DNA of 64,000 nt from Octopus vulgaris (lineage: Eukaryota). Positions within the stretch are counted from its first letter, which is position 1. Every line of letters begins with the position of its first letter. The notes under the pieces are model-generated. The model ran no database searches, was not told the origin of the DNA, and saw nothing but the letters and a program-made list of their open reading frames with translations. Location of the stretch: positions 36,580,001 through 36,644,000 of the forward strand of contig OX597833.1 in the NCBI GenBank assembly GCA_951406725.2, given 5' to 3'. This document shows, in pieces, positions 41,391-57,816 of the stretch. The position numbers were made by a program, and so were the translations under genes.

Positions 41391-41422
<32 letters not shown>

Positions 41423-41650
41423 CATGCATGTATGTATGTATGTATGTATGTATGCATGCATGTATGTATGCATGTATGCATGCATGTATGCATGTATGTA
41501 TGCATGTATGTATGTATGTATGCATGTATGCATGAATGTATGTATGCATGTATGTATGTATGTATGTATGTATGTATGTATGTATGTATGTATGTGTATA
41601 TGCATGTATGTATGTATGCATGCATGTATGCATGTAAGTATGTATGTGAG
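41190..41650. repeat. (TATG)n/(CATG)n/(TG)n compound microsatellite
   Basis: Directly visible. Confidence 0.95.
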
Positions 41651-42089
41651 TATATGTGCTTGTTGATAGTTGATGATTAAATTATATTTGTAGAAAATGT
41701 ATGAGCGTGTGTGTATTTCTGCTTGTGTATGTCAGCCGTCGCGTGTATTAGACTAACATGTTTGTGCGTGTGTGTCTGTATCTATATTTGTGAGCCTCTG
41801 TGTGTGAGCATCTGTGTGTGAGCATCTGTGTGTGAGCCTCTATGTGTGTGTGTGTGTGTGTGTGTGTTAGATGTGCGTGCCTCTGTCTGTGTGTGTGTGC
41901 GTGTGTGTGTTAGGTGTCCGTGCCTCTGTGTGTGTGTGTGTAAGCATGTATGTGCCTGTGTATGTCGGTTATCTCTTATGTTTGGTTAACATGTTTGTGT
42001 GTTCGTGTGTTTGCGTGTGTGTATGTACGTGTGTGTGAGTGAGTTTGTGAATCCCTGTGTGTGAGAGAGAGAGAGAAACTGTGCGTCTG

Positions 42090-42176
<87 letters not shown>

Positions 42177-42433
42177 TGTCTGTGTGTATGTGTGTAACTG
42201 TGTGTGTATGAGTGTGCGTGCGAGGGAGAGTGGAGAGAACATGAAGCTATTGATCGAGGAATTAAAATCCAGACTGTCTACAAGCGTAGAGCGGATTAAG
42301 ATAATCGCATTCATTAATCTTCACCTTTATCTACACCCACGCACACTCACACATGTCTGATTCTGTACATGTTTATATGTGCGTATGTTCTAGACTATGT
42401 CCGTCTGTGTGTATGTGTGGTCTTAGTGTTGGC

Positions 42434-42478
<45 letters not shown>

Positions 42479-42757
42479 CGTGTATGTTCGTGTGTTAGGG
42501 TATATGTTTGTGCGTCTATGTGTAGGGTTAGTATGGGCGTCAATGTGGGCGTCAGTGGGGGCGTGTGTGTAGGCGTGTGTGTGTCAGCATGTGTCTGCGT
42601 GTGTCCGCGCGCGTGTGTGTGTGTGTGTATGTGTGTGCTTGTGTGAGTGTGTGTGTGTCTGTGTGTGTGTATCTATGTCTGTGTCTGTGTGTGTGTATGT
42701 ACAAGTATGTGAAACCTATTGCTTTCAGATATATGTATATGTTTATACATTGAAATC

Positions 42758-42858
42758 ACCACCACGACCACCAACACCACGACCACCACCAACACCAACA
42801 CCACACCACCACGACCACCAACACCACGACCACCACCACCACCACCACCACCACCACC

Positions 42859-42915
<57 letters not shown>

Positions 42916-43264
42916 ACTACTACTACTACTACTACTACTATTACTACTACTACTGTTGCTGCTGCTGCTGTTGCAGGTAGTAGTAGTAGTAGTAGTAGTA
43001 GAATAATGTCCTGTCTCTGTTGATGCTACTTGCCTGCTGTTGTGTTGCTGTAGCTGCACTCTGTTGCAGCCACATGCAGCGACGACTACTGCAACCACGA
43101 CCACCACTACTACTATTGGAACCACCGATGTTACTACCACAGTAGAAGCTGCTTCTTCCTCTTCTTCTTCCTCCTCCTCCTCTTCTTCTTCTTCTACTAC
43201 TACTACTACTACTACGACTATCACTACTACTACAACTACTACTACTACTACTACTACTACTACA

Positions 43265-43316
<52 letters not shown>

Positions 43317-43362
43317 TTACTACTACTACAACTACTACTACTACTACTACTACTGTTACTAC
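42758..43362. repeat. complex trinucleotide array (CAC)n(TAC)n(TGC)n(GTA)n(TTC)n(TAC)n
   Basis: Directly visible; source of the poly-P/L/T/S/V ORFs. Confidence 0.95.
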
Positions 43363-43612
43363 AAAAAAACACAAATATTAGCAATGGGTAAACGCTACAA
43401 TAGTTTTGCATTGCACCGCTGTTATACGGCTGCAACAATCCTGCATCTGTCCTGCAACTGCTACGACTGTTAGCAGCATTACCCGTAGATCCATCACACA
43501 CATAAACAAACAAACACTCACACACATACAAACATACGTACACACACAAGTGCACATGTGTGTATTCGTTGTTCATAAGAGTGTGTGTGTGTGTGTGTGC
43601 GAGCGAGCGCAC

Positions 43613-43656
<44 letters not shown>

Positions 43657-43854
43657 ATCTATATGTACGTGCTTACATTTCTGTAAAACATTGTATACTT
43701 TGAAAGAGATTCACGCTATGAATAAATGCATACATACATACACACAACCATACATATAAATCCTTAAATAGATATACTAATATATACTAGTATATACTAA
43801 TATATATACTAAATATAATATAGATATCTATCTATCTATGTATCTATCTATCTA

Positions 43855-43895
<41 letters not shown>

Positions 43896-44851
43896 ACGTA
43901 CATACATAACTGTACATATATATATATATATATATACACGGACACACACATGTACATGAATATGTAAATGTATGTATGTACGCATGTATGTAAGTAGTTT
44001 GTATCTATGTATCTATGTATTTCTATGTATATTGACAAATCTATATATTGATTGAATATTTACACCCTTCGCCCCACTCTCTTTCGTCGTGTATATATAT
44101 ATATATATATATATCATATATGCACACTAACAAACGTGCGTTTGTATAAATTTAAAGAGAGAACACAAATTTATATGAGTCTATGTATAATGTATACCAT
44201 GTGTGAGTGTGTGTGTGTGTGCAAATATATATGTATATATATATCTATACGTATATTCTATTTCTATATATATATATACACACACACACATACACACGTT
44301 CACCTTCAGTACCAACTTTTCTATTTACTATCTGTCTATCGATTTATCTATTTATCGATCTATATCTGAATTTTATCTATTCATGTATATCTCTATTAAT
44401 TTTCTACACTTCATTTTTTACATTCTCTCTATACATAACTTCACTTCTCCCTATATCTCCCAATTTAATTTTTTTAGATAACCCCGCCACTTTAATCCTT
44501 CCTGCTCCCCCTAAAATGTCTCTCACTTCACCTACTCTCTCTCTCTCTTCCTCTCCTTCCCTCTTTCGCCTATACACTCTTTTTCTGTCTCTTTTTCTCT
44601 TTCCCTCTTTTTCCATCTATATTTATTCGATCACTATGCCATTATGCAAGAGATACGCAATCACATAAGCTTCATTGAAAAATCTAATAAATGATATTGT
44701 TTTTAATTTTTGTCTTCTTTTCAGACAGCTATTTTAATAATATAAACATAAGCACATATTCACACACAGTTACACGTGTGTACTTGCATGACTATATATA
44801 CACAATGCATGCAAGTATGTATGCAAGAATGTATGTATGTATGTATGTATG

Positions 44852-44882
<31 letters not shown>

Positions 44883-45099
44883 GAATGTTTGTATGTATGT
44901 ATGTTTGTATGTATGTATGCCTGTATGTGTGTGTGTATGTATGTATGTATGTATGTATGTATGTATGTGTGTGTATGTATATATGTATGTATGTAAGAAT
45001 GTTTGTATGTAAGAATGTATGTATGTATGTATGTTTGTATGTATGTATGTCTGTATGTGTGTGTATGTATGTATGTATGTATGTATGTAAGAATGTATG

Positions 45100-45130
<31 letters not shown>

Positions 45131-45279
45131 GAATGTATGTATGCGTGCATGAATGTATGTATGCAAGTATATATATATATATATTTATATATACACGCAC
45201 ACACAAACACACACATGTATACAGTCGTATGTATATTATATACATATGCCTATATATATATGTACGTATGTATGACTAT

Positions 45280-45333
<54 letters not shown>

Positions 45334-45335
45334 TC

Positions 45336-45553
45336 TAGTGGGTGTTGAACAGTTCCTGGTTTTGGGTAGAAGAAAATACTGGAGGATCTGTTAATTATCA
45401 TTTTATTCAACATATTCTTCTCTCAGATTCCCGTATTTATTGTAGAGGTCCTCCAGTTTTTCTAAGCCCTCTAAAAGAACTTGGAACGTAGCACCTCCAA
45501 CCAGCCCTTTTGCGATACCCTTAAAGCTAGGACGTTTTCAGCAACCCTGCGTA
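45336..45553. mobile_element. mariner-type MITE (~215 bp)
   Basis: Left GGGTGTTGAACAGTTCCTGGTTTTGGGTA versus right reverse complement CGCAGGGTTGCTGAAAACGTCCTAGCTTTAAGGGTA; TA context. Confidence 0.7.
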
Positions 45554-45973
45554 TATACTTATACTTATAAAGGAATATACATAGAAGTTTGGCGATGTCT
45601 ATGTGTGTTTGATGTAATGTGTGCGTGTCAGGGGTTACCTGAGCTTTAGTGAGGTGTAGTCCATAAAGCTTTCGATAAGTAAGAGATAAAATATAGGAAA
45701 ATATAGGAATAAATAAATACTTTATTAAGCACAAAAAAAATCATACTCGCATAAATATATATATATATTAACTACCCCCTAGATTTATTTGTCTGTCTCA
45801 TTCCCTCTCTATATATGTGTGTATGTGTGTGTGTGTGTGGTTGTGTATGAACATACATAAATACCAACACACTTATGCACACTCACACACACACACATAC
45901 ACAGTATATAGACAGATATACATACGTATTTACAAACATACATTTCTGCATCTATACATCTCTCTCCAACACT

Positions 45974-46118
45974 GCCGAGGTCGACTTTGCCTTTCATCCT
46001 TTCGGGGTCGTTAAATAAAGTACCAGTTGCTTACTGGGGTCGATGTAGTTGACTTAATCCCTTTGTCTATCTTTGTTTATCCCCTCTATGTTTAACCCCT
46101 TGTGGGCAATAAAGAAAT
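45974..46118 (+). mobile_element. SINE family A, 5'-truncated
   Basis: GCCGAGGTCGACTTTGCCTTTCATCCTTTCGGGGTCG...GCAATAAAGAAATA. Confidence 0.88.
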
Positions 46119-46162
46119 ATATATATATGTATATGTGATGCTAAGTATGAACATGTCTATAC

Positions 46163-46245
<83 letters not shown>

Positions 46246-46258
46246 TGTATATATATAT

Positions 46259-46529
46259 GATATGCTTTTACTAAATATTGGGTGCCTGTTGCATCAAAAG
46301 CAAAATAAAAACAACATTTCTTTCCTGGGCGGTCTTCGTACATGCAATCAAGCCCTATGCATAGCACTCGTGGAAACTCACCTCAGCCCTGATATAGAGG
46401 ATGCAGAAGTCCACGTATCAAACTATGCCATACTGCGAACAGACAGAAGGGAAAGGAGCCACAGTGGAGTTGCTGTATACATCCGTGATGATCTCACACC
46501 CCAGGTCTTACTGTTATACTAAAATTCTG
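46259..46529 (+). pseudogene. LINE ORF2 AP-endonuclease N-terminal fragment
   Basis: LLNIGCL...CIALVETHLSPDIEDAEVHVSNYAILRTDRRERSHSGVAVYIR matches APE motifs (xNI, ETxL, Y...R.DR, GGVAxY); bounded by (TA)n. Confidence 0.85.
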
Positions 46530-46549
46530 TATATATATATATATATATA

Positions 46550-46754
46550 CAGAGTGGCCCAATAGTAGGTTTACGGTTATTCAACTATTACTTTCGCATT
46601 CATATATTAACAGTTTAGGTCTTAATTATAAAAAAATATGAAAACATTATTCTATGCTAATTTAGTTAATTGCAAGATTAAATTTAATAAAATGTTTTAA
46701 AAGAAATTTTAAGTACCCACATGTTAAGGGTAAACCTACTTTTGGGGCGTCCTG
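46550..46754. mobile_element. Tc1/mariner-type MITE (205 bp)
   Basis: TIRs CAGAGTGGCCCAATAGTAGGTTTAC and (reverse complement) CAGGACGCCCCAAAAGTAGGTTTAC; inserted in TA. Confidence 0.8.
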
Positions 46755-46810
46755 TGTATATTTATATATATAAATGTCGGTGTGTGTGTATGTGTGTGTG
46801 TGTATGTGTA

Positions 46811-46856
<46 letters not shown>

Positions 46857-46888
46857 TGTGTGTGTGTGTTTGTATATGTAATTGTGTG

Positions 46889-46920
<32 letters not shown>

Positions 46921-46926
46921 CATACA

Positions 46927-47140
46927 TTCTTTTCTACTCTAGGCACAAGGCCTGAAATTTGGGAGGAGGGAGCAAGTCGATTAGATCGACCCCAGTACGC
47001 AACTGGTACTTAATTTATCGACCTCGAAATGATGAAAGGCAAAGTCAACCTCGGCAGAATTTGAACTCAGAACATAAAGACAGACAAAATACCGCTAAGC
47101 ATTTCACCATGCATGCCAACGTTTCTGCCAGCTCGCCACC
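46927..47140 (-). mobile_element. SINE family A, tail type 2, full length
   Basis: ttttctactctaggcacaaggcctgaaattt...ttctgccagctcgccacc. Confidence 0.9.
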
Positions 47141-47144
47141 TTTA

Positions 47145-47200
<56 letters not shown>

Positions 47201-47367
47201 CACACACACACATACATACACACACACACACACACAGAACATATATATATATATTGCTTAGGCATTACAAGATTAACAACCTGTTGTAGAAATTAATATA
47301 GATATCCTTCAGAAGCTGTAAACTAAGAAAGTTCATTAGATTAGATAAGTATATGTATGTAAGTATG

Positions 47368-47885
<518 letters not shown>

Positions 47886-47899
47886 TATATATATATATG

Positions 47900-47980
<81 letters not shown>

Positions 47981-48041
47981 TAATACAATTGTTCGTTTGT
48001 TTTCCACCTGCCTTCGTCTTTTGTTTATTTTCATAAAGCTT

Positions 48042-48215
<174 letters not shown>

Positions 48216-48409
48216 GTATATACATGTCATATAAAATGGGTTTTTTTCTTTTTAATTTTAATAAATATTTGATTATTAATGAGTTTTTATTTTTTGAAAA
48301 ATACGGGTAAATAATACTGACTAGTCAATTTAACCGAATTTCACCGGGTTGGATAATTAATGTAATTAAGTCGGGGCAATATTTATTTACTTGTTTTTTT
48401 TTGTTTTAT

Positions 48410-48865
48410 TTTTTTTACTTGCTTTAGTTTATCACTGCTGCTAAGCTGATGCACCGCCTCAAAGAGTTTTGTCGTGCAAAAAGACATCAGCAGATAGATT
48501 TTTCCAATTCTATCGGTTCTCTTTGCTGAACCTATAAGTTAGAAAGGCGTAAAGAAACCAATACCTAATATCAAGTGTCGGTGGGAGACATACTATCTCG
48601 CTCTCTCTCTCTCTCACACACACACAGTAACACACGCACGCGCGCGGACACACACACGTACATGTGTTTTTGCCTCTCACTACCGTTTGACAACCGGTGA
48701 CGTTTTTTTTACGTCCTTTTCACTTAGCGTTTCGGCCAAAGGTGCCCGTTAGAATAAGTACCAGGCTTTAAAAATCAGTTGCGAGGCCGATAGGTTCGAC
48801 TAAAGAATTCCTCAGGGCGCTGCCATAGCATAGCCGCAGTCTAATCTGACAAAATTATAAGAAGA
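48410..48865. mobile_element. two degenerate SINE B 3' halves in opposite orientation
   Basis: ~48410-48590 (-) and ~48660-48865 (+). Confidence 0.6.
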
Positions 48866-48868
48866 TAT

Positions 48869-48965
<97 letters not shown>

Positions 48966-49182
48966 ATAGATAGATAGATAGATAGATATCAAAATAAGCA
49001 TCAAGCATTGCTTATTTTCACTTTAATCACCTTATTTTGAAATTGTATGGATAATACCATACTAAATTCTGGTGCTTCAACTTAGGTACCATATTCATAT
49101 GAATCTAGATGGATAGATAGATAGATAGATAGATAGATACATACATACATACATACATACATACATACATACATAGACATAG

Positions 49183-49240
<58 letters not shown>

Positions 49241-49423
49241 GTATATATATACATATATAAATATATAAATATATATATATGTATATATTCATATAAATAT
49301 ACACATATACATATGTATGTATGTATGTATGTTTGTATATATATATATATACATATATATTTATGTATACATATATATATGAATATATATATGTGTGTGT
49401 ATGTGTGTGTGTGTGTGTGTATG

Positions 49424-49454
<31 letters not shown>

Positions 49455-49456
<2 letters not shown>

Positions 49457-49560
49457 TGCTCCAGTTCACACAGCTTACAAAGGTAAGTCTGCTACTGACT
49501 GGCTCCCCGTCCAGGTGAGAGGAATATATCCTCCACAAAATCCGGAATATGCTTGAGGCG
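49455..49560 (+). mobile_element. degenerate CORE/V-domain SINE fragment
   Basis: ttgctccagttcacacagct...ctgctactgactggctccccgtccagg...cacaaaatccgg; compare 55738-55757 and the V-domain of the 13761-14063 element. Confidence 0.5.
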
Positions 49561-49699
49561 GAGATTAGGGAGGGGTGGTCATACACTGGACTACGTTGAA
49601 TGATAGACTGCTTTCGATCTTCGAATTTAGAAATATAAAAGGATCATTATTGCTTACAAAATTGCATGAAGGTCGCTTATATATCTTTTATCTGTCACC

Positions 49700-50356
49700 T
49701 GTTACATTCTTTAGACTATCGCCATGCTGGGGTCCAACCTTCAGAGATTTTCATCGATCTAATAAACCCCACTATTAATATTCTTTAAGCCTAGTACTTA
49801 TTCTATCAGGTGCTTTTTCAAAATGAATAAGTAAATAAACAAACACCTGTCGTCAAGAGACGGTGGAGGACAAACAGACGCATATATACACACGCCCACA
49901 CACGCACACACACACACACACAGACACACTTGGTAAGAAGCTTGCTTCCCAACCATATGGCACCAGGTTCAGTCCCACTGTGTGGCAAGTGTGTTATACA
50001 ACAGCCTGGGGCCGACCAGAGTCTTGGGAGTGGATTTGGTACTGGGAAATTGAAAAAGAACCGTCCCGTATATGTGTCTATGTGTGTGTGTGTGTGTGTG
50101 CATGTAAATATATATATTTATGTATGTATGTATTTATATATCTGTAAATGTGTGCGTTTTTGTGCCTGTTTATCCCCCACGACCACTCGACAACCCGTGT
50201 GAGTGTCAAAACGTGCTCGTAACATAGCGGTTCGGCAAAAGATATCGATAAAATAAGTACTAAGCTTTAAGAAAAGTGGTAGGGTCGATTCATTCGACTA
50301 AAACACTTGAATGCGGTGCTTCAGCATGGACATACCTAAATGAGTGATACAAGTTA
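49700..50356. mobile_element. SINE B 3' half (-, ~49700-49875) and SINE B (+, 49931-50356)
   Basis: Homology to the 47477 copy. Confidence 0.75.
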
Positions 50357-50434
<78 letters not shown>

Positions 50435-50731
50435 TATTTACATACGTAACACAAAGGGGAGAATTTCGATTACATCCACGTTGTGAGTTGTAATGCAAAA
50501 ATCTAAAATAAATGTATATATATATATATAATTAAATAAATACATATGTACATACATATATATATATGCATATATGTATACATGTATATATATATATATA
50601 CATATATATATGTATATATGTATATATGTATATATATGTATATATATATATATGCATATATGTACATACGTATATATATATATATATATATATACATATA
50701 TATATACATATATATATACATATATAGATAT

Positions 50732-51485
<754 letters not shown>

Positions 51486-51926
51486 AAATCTCAGACTTCT
51501 TCAGTCTCTTGAGAACTACTTTGCCAACGCACTTCTGTGTGCATACACATATATACGCTAAAACAAGTCTCCAAATGCCAAAATTCCTGCGCACAAAAAA
51601 TACCATATGAAGGAACGACACCTCAAAAACGCTCAGACGCGCACCTACTACACCGTGCCGAAACACGCCTACAAACCCCTCTCACACACAATCAGACACA
51701 AAGCTACATACACACACACAGCTACACAACTGCAAGGGTTGCAGAAGCACGTGTATTTTAGAGAGCTCATGAGTATGTATGTGAAGAAAAACGATAGACA
51801 TTAGGGGCGTGAGTCTGTCTATCAGCCTTCAGACTCACCACAATCGCCCCCACCCGCACACACGCACACTCACACACGTGTGTGAATGTATCTGCGAATA
51901 TGTATGCACGCATTTATAATATCTAT

Positions 51927-52048
<122 letters not shown>

Positions 52049-52058
52049 CATACATACA

Positions 52059-52095
<37 letters not shown>

Positions 52096-52253
52096 ATACA
52101 TACATTCATACATATATATATATATATATATATAAATATATAATATATATGTGTGTGTATGTAATAAGTATATACATATATATATAGAAAATAAATGTAT
52201 ATATGTATATATATAATATATATTATATCTATATATGTATATATATATGTGTA

Positions 52254-52302
<49 letters not shown>

Positions 52303-52935
52303 GTATGTATATGTATATATATATATGTAATATATGTATGTATGCAATGTATATATTTATATATGTATGTGTGAATATATGTTTATATTTATGTACGTAT
52401 GAATATGTTTGTATATCAGAGACGCATAAAACATATGGACATTAAAACATGTAGATATCGATTTATATGCACACTGCACGCCACATATGGGCGTTCCTTA
52501 CATTATTTAGCATAGGAAGAACAAAAGCAACCATATGTGAAAACGTTCTTCCACCGTGTGTGGGTGTACACACACTCGCTCGCGCACACCCAGATACTTA
52601 TATGTACACATTCACATGCACACAGACACACACACACTCACACACGCACGCACATTCATATACACACATGATCGCAAAAGCAAACATATACATATATAAA
52701 TGTGTGTGTTCTTGTGTGGTGCGTGCGTGTGTGTGTATGTGTGTGTGTGTTTGTGTGCGTGTGTGTGTATGTGTGTGTTTGTGTGTGTGCGTGTAAATAC
52801 TGCAGTCGATCTGTTCGACTAAACATTTCAAGGTTTTATCCCAGCATGGCCGCAGTCCAATAAATAAACCAGCTCAAAGAAATATAAAAAAATCTACACA
52901 CACACACACACTTATTTTACATATATATATATATT

Positions 52936-52986
<51 letters not shown>

Positions 52987-53968
52987 CTGTGTGTGTCTGT
53001 GTGTGTATGTTTGTGTGTGTGTGTGTGTGTGTATGTTTGTGTGTGTGTGTGTGTGTTGTTCATTGACGTATAATTTTTATAATTTTATATTCATGTATAT
53101 TTAAACGTATTTGGCAGTTAGAGTTAACATGTTTGCGGATGTGTTTAATTTTGTATGCATTATACCGCCCAATATACATACACTCCCACAACATATATAT
53201 ATATATTAACCGAGAAATAACGAACCATACGTTAAAATTCAAATTGACTTAGGCAAAAGATGTCTGAGGCCGCTTTTTCACACTGACCAATCGCTAAGAA
53301 GTCAATATTGGTGAACATTATGTTTAGAACCAATCAGAGTCACTTAGTGAAATTTTAATTTTTCTTTTTTTCAGTTCATATATCAATGAATTTATTTTTT
53401 TGTATTTTATTAACATTTGTTACTTATACCGAAATGGCTTTTTTTGTAAATCCACATTTCTATTATTTTGCTGTTATGATTTCCGCAATTCCAATCCTTC
53501 TTCATTAAATGTTTCTTTTTGCTACCAGACAATTTGTTTTCTAATTTATTTTAATAATTTTATTATAATATTTGTTTGGCAATAATATAATTATGTTGTG
53601 TAAATGATAAGAAATAATGTAATAAAAAAGGGACTTTTCATAAAATAGATGCGATTTTAAAAAATGGAAGAGAGTATATTTCAATAAGTAAATCATAATT
53701 GTAATTGTAAGAAAATATTTAATTAATTTTCTATGAAGAGAGGACACAAAAAAAAGATCATTTCACAATAGGCGGAGGTTGGGAAAAAATAGAATAAGAT
53801 ACCACGAATGAAATATATTCATGTGTGTGAGGGGTTAAAATGTATTTATGCATGTTATATGGCACTCACACACATGCACATACACACAAACACATATACA
53901 TATAAATATATATGATTTTGAATTTTCAAGTTTCAGCTCATGAGCTGTGGCCATGCTGGGGCACCGCC

Positions 53969-54025
<57 letters not shown>

Positions 54026-54226
54026 CATATTTATGTATTTTTTCATTGTTACCTTCCCTCGGTTCAGTCATTAGTCTGCGACCATGCTGGCTGTATATAT
54101 AATATAAATAAATATAATATAGTGTATATATCTATATCTATATCTATATCTATCTCTCCATATAGAGATAGATAGGTTGATCGGTCGAGCAGACAGACAG
54201 ACAGATTGATAGATAGATAGACAGAC

Positions 54227-54317
<91 letters not shown>

Positions 54318-54446
54318 CAGATTGGTAGAAACAGATATTGTAATATACATGTGTGCGTGTGTTTTATATATATATATATATATATATGTAGACATTATAT
54401 ATATATTACAATCTATGTGTATATATATATATATGTGTGTGTGTAA

Positions 54447-54675
54447 GGCGGCGAGCTGGCAGAAACGTTAGCACGCCGGGTGAAATGCTTAGCGGTATTT
54501 CGTCTGTCGTTACGTTCCGAGTTCAAATTCCGCCGAGGTCGACTTTGTCTTTCATCCTTTCGGGGTCGATAAATTAAGTACCAGTTACGCACTGGGGTCG
54601 ATATAATAGACTTAATCCCTTTGTCTGTCCTTGTTTGTCCCCTCTGTGTTTAGCCCCTTGTGGGTAGTAAAGAAA
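54447..54675 (+). mobile_element. SINE family A, full length
   Basis: Complete consensus-like copy; atatatatatgtgtgtgtgt on both flanks (probable TSD). Confidence 0.95.
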
Positions 54676-55331
54676 TATATATATGTGTGTGTGTGTGTGT
54701 ATGTATATGTGTATATATGTGTATATGATCAATATTTCTTTATATATATATTTCAATGATATACATAGGTGTGTGTGTGCAATTACGTGTGTGCATGCGA
54801 GTATGTATATATGTATATATATATATATGTGTGTGTGTGTATGTATGTATGTATATACGCATGTATATGTGTGTGTGTACACACACACATACACACATGT
54901 ATATATCTATATATATATATATACACACACACACATTAAAACCCTTACATAAATTGAACGATAACCAGCCAGTGTTGTGTATTTGAAAAACACAGGGGAC
55001 AAAAGGTATTTTAAACAACATAAAAGAATATATTCTTGACCTAAGGAAATTACCTCAGCTTTCTGGGAAGATGGGGAAATATTCTAGTGACAAATAGGAT
55101 CAAATCCAAAGGAGAAAGGGAGACAATCTTCATATTCGGGAACTCTCCAAAATAGGCACGACAGTAAAGAAAAAAGTTTGATTGATTGGAATGCACACAC
55201 AAACTCACACAGACACTCACACAAATGCATACTTACATAGATAAATGCATAAATCCACACATACATACACTCTCATACGCACACAAGCATATGCATATTG
55301 ATATAAATATATAAACATATATATAAACATT

Positions 55332-55379
<48 letters not shown>

Positions 55380-55435
55380 AATATGTATATATATATATAT
55401 ATACATAAATATAGGATAAATATATATATATAGGA

Positions 55436-55489
<54 letters not shown>

Positions 55490-55634
55490 ATAAATATATA
55501 TATATATATATATAGGATAAATATGGGTGTGAATATATATATACATAGACATGAACACGCACACACATGTATAAGTGTGTATGCGTGTGTGTGCGTGTTT
55601 GTGTGTGCGTGTGTGTGTGTGGGTACCAGTTGGT

Positions 55635-55942
55635 GCGTAAGGTGCATGTCTTAGAGCATTCAGCTCACGATTATAAGGTCGTGAGTTCAATTCCTGGTGA
55701 CGCATTATGTCCTTGAGCAAGATATTTTATTTCACGTTGCTCCAGTCCACTCAGCTGGCCAAAATGAATCGTACCTGTATTTCAAAAGACCATTCTTGTG
55801 TCGCGCTGAATCTCCCTGAGAACTACATTAAGGGTATACGTGTCTGTGGAATGCTCAGCCACTTGCATGTTAATTTCTCGGGCAAGGTGTTCAGTTGATC
55901 GCATCAGCTGGGACCCTCGTCTTCGTAACCGATGGAGTGCTT
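55635..55942 (+). mobile_element. tRNA-derived CORE-like SINE ('family D')
   Basis: B-box GAGTTCAATTCC, TGTCCTTGAGCAAG, TTGCTCCAGTCCACTCAGCTGG. Confidence 0.65.
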
Positions 55943-55951
55943 CTATATATA

Positions 55952-56120
<169 letters not shown>

Positions 56121-56171
56121 TATTTATGAACATTATTTTAAGTATATATATTCATTATACCTTTCAATCTA

Positions 56172-56205
<34 letters not shown>

Positions 56206-56411
56206 AATATGAAGTTTGTGTATGGGTGTGTGTGTACATTTATATATTAGCGCAGAAAAGATAGAGATAATGAAAGTCAGAGAACCAGAAATTACCCAAA
56301 GAACTGCGTGAGACAGGTATTCGTTTTAAACGGCAACACCACATTGAACTAACCAACAACGTACCTTGGATATATCTATCTGTGAAGCTAAGTTGCTTGA
56401 TACAAAAGATA

Positions 56412-56483
<72 letters not shown>

Positions 56484-56685
56484 GTAAGTGTTAAGCTATG
56501 TGTAAACGCATATATGTATGTGTGTGATGTGAAATATTTATATACACGTGCGAATACGTGCGCGCGCAAATACATAAATCAATGCGCGCACACGCACACA
56601 TACACACACACACACACACGCACAAACAGTAACACACTCTCATGTGAGTATACACATAATACATAAGAAGATATATTTCTCTATG

Positions 56686-56745
<60 letters not shown>

Positions 56746-57200
56746 ATGCGAGAGTAGATGGAAACGTTTCCAAATAGCACCTGCATGCTTCATGTTGAGC
56801 GATTCGTAATGAACCAACATCAAGTAAATGTTACGCAAGTCAGGGCAGAGACATAAAACTCTCATGTAACAAATGCACAGAAATTGTGCAAACTACCCGG
56901 GCAGTGCTTCGACATAACAGCAGCCTTTGAATTGGAATTAGTAAATTATTATTAATAAATTAATAATAATAAATTAATAAACAATAAGATAATAACAATA
57001 ACATTGTATGTGTGCCTAAGAATTTGTACATGTATGTATGCATATATGTATCTAAGTGTGTGTGTGTGTGTGTATGTGCAGTAATGTGTACATATATATA
57101 TATATATATATATGTATTACATGTGTTTCTCTAATCCATATATATATATATTATTTATATATGTGTGTGTATGTATATATTTATATATATTATTTATATA

Positions 57201-57278
<78 letters not shown>

Positions 57279-57717
57279 TGTGTGTGTGTATGTATGTATG
57301 TATGTATGTATGTATACATCTATCCGTTTCTGCCTTTGCCTGAGTTTCAAAATTTAAGTAATCGTCCTAGGCGAACGTCATTTGGTAAATATGTAATAAC
57401 TATTTACACATCGGAATGTGCCTTCGATAGTGTGTGTAATATTAATTTATTTAAAATGTCGATGGTTCTATGTATGTGTGTGTGTGCGTGTGAGTGTGTG
57501 TGTATATATATTTATAATAGTATATGTGTGTATATCAATGTGTGTGCGTGTGTCTGTGTGAGTGTATGCGTGTGAGGCACAACTACTCATATATTTATAT
57601 ATATATAGACATAATCAGGGGGAATGAAGTGAGATGTTTTGACATATCTTCACATATATATGTTCATATAGACATATATGCATATATGCTTGCATGTGTG
57701 TGTGTATATATATATAC

Positions 57718-57752
<35 letters not shown>

Positions 57753-57816
57753 TGTATTTATGTATGTATGTATGTATTTATGTATGTATGTATGCATGTA
57801 TGTATGTATATGTATG

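Noticed and set aside
42673-43612. Long 220-233 aa ORFs with poly-V/E/S/G/Q runs
   Set aside because: Made of trinucleotide repeats open in several frames and on both strands; no domain or splice evidence.
49464-49487. Apparent 18-nt microexon (ctccag|TTCACACAGCTTACAAAG|gtaagt)
   Set aside because: Lies inside a degenerate CORE/V-domain SINE fragment; the splice signals are probably coincidental.
53200-53840. Possible piggyBac-like MITE (ends GAGGGGTTAA)
   Set aside because: No matching left TIR found; AT-rich interior is uninformative.
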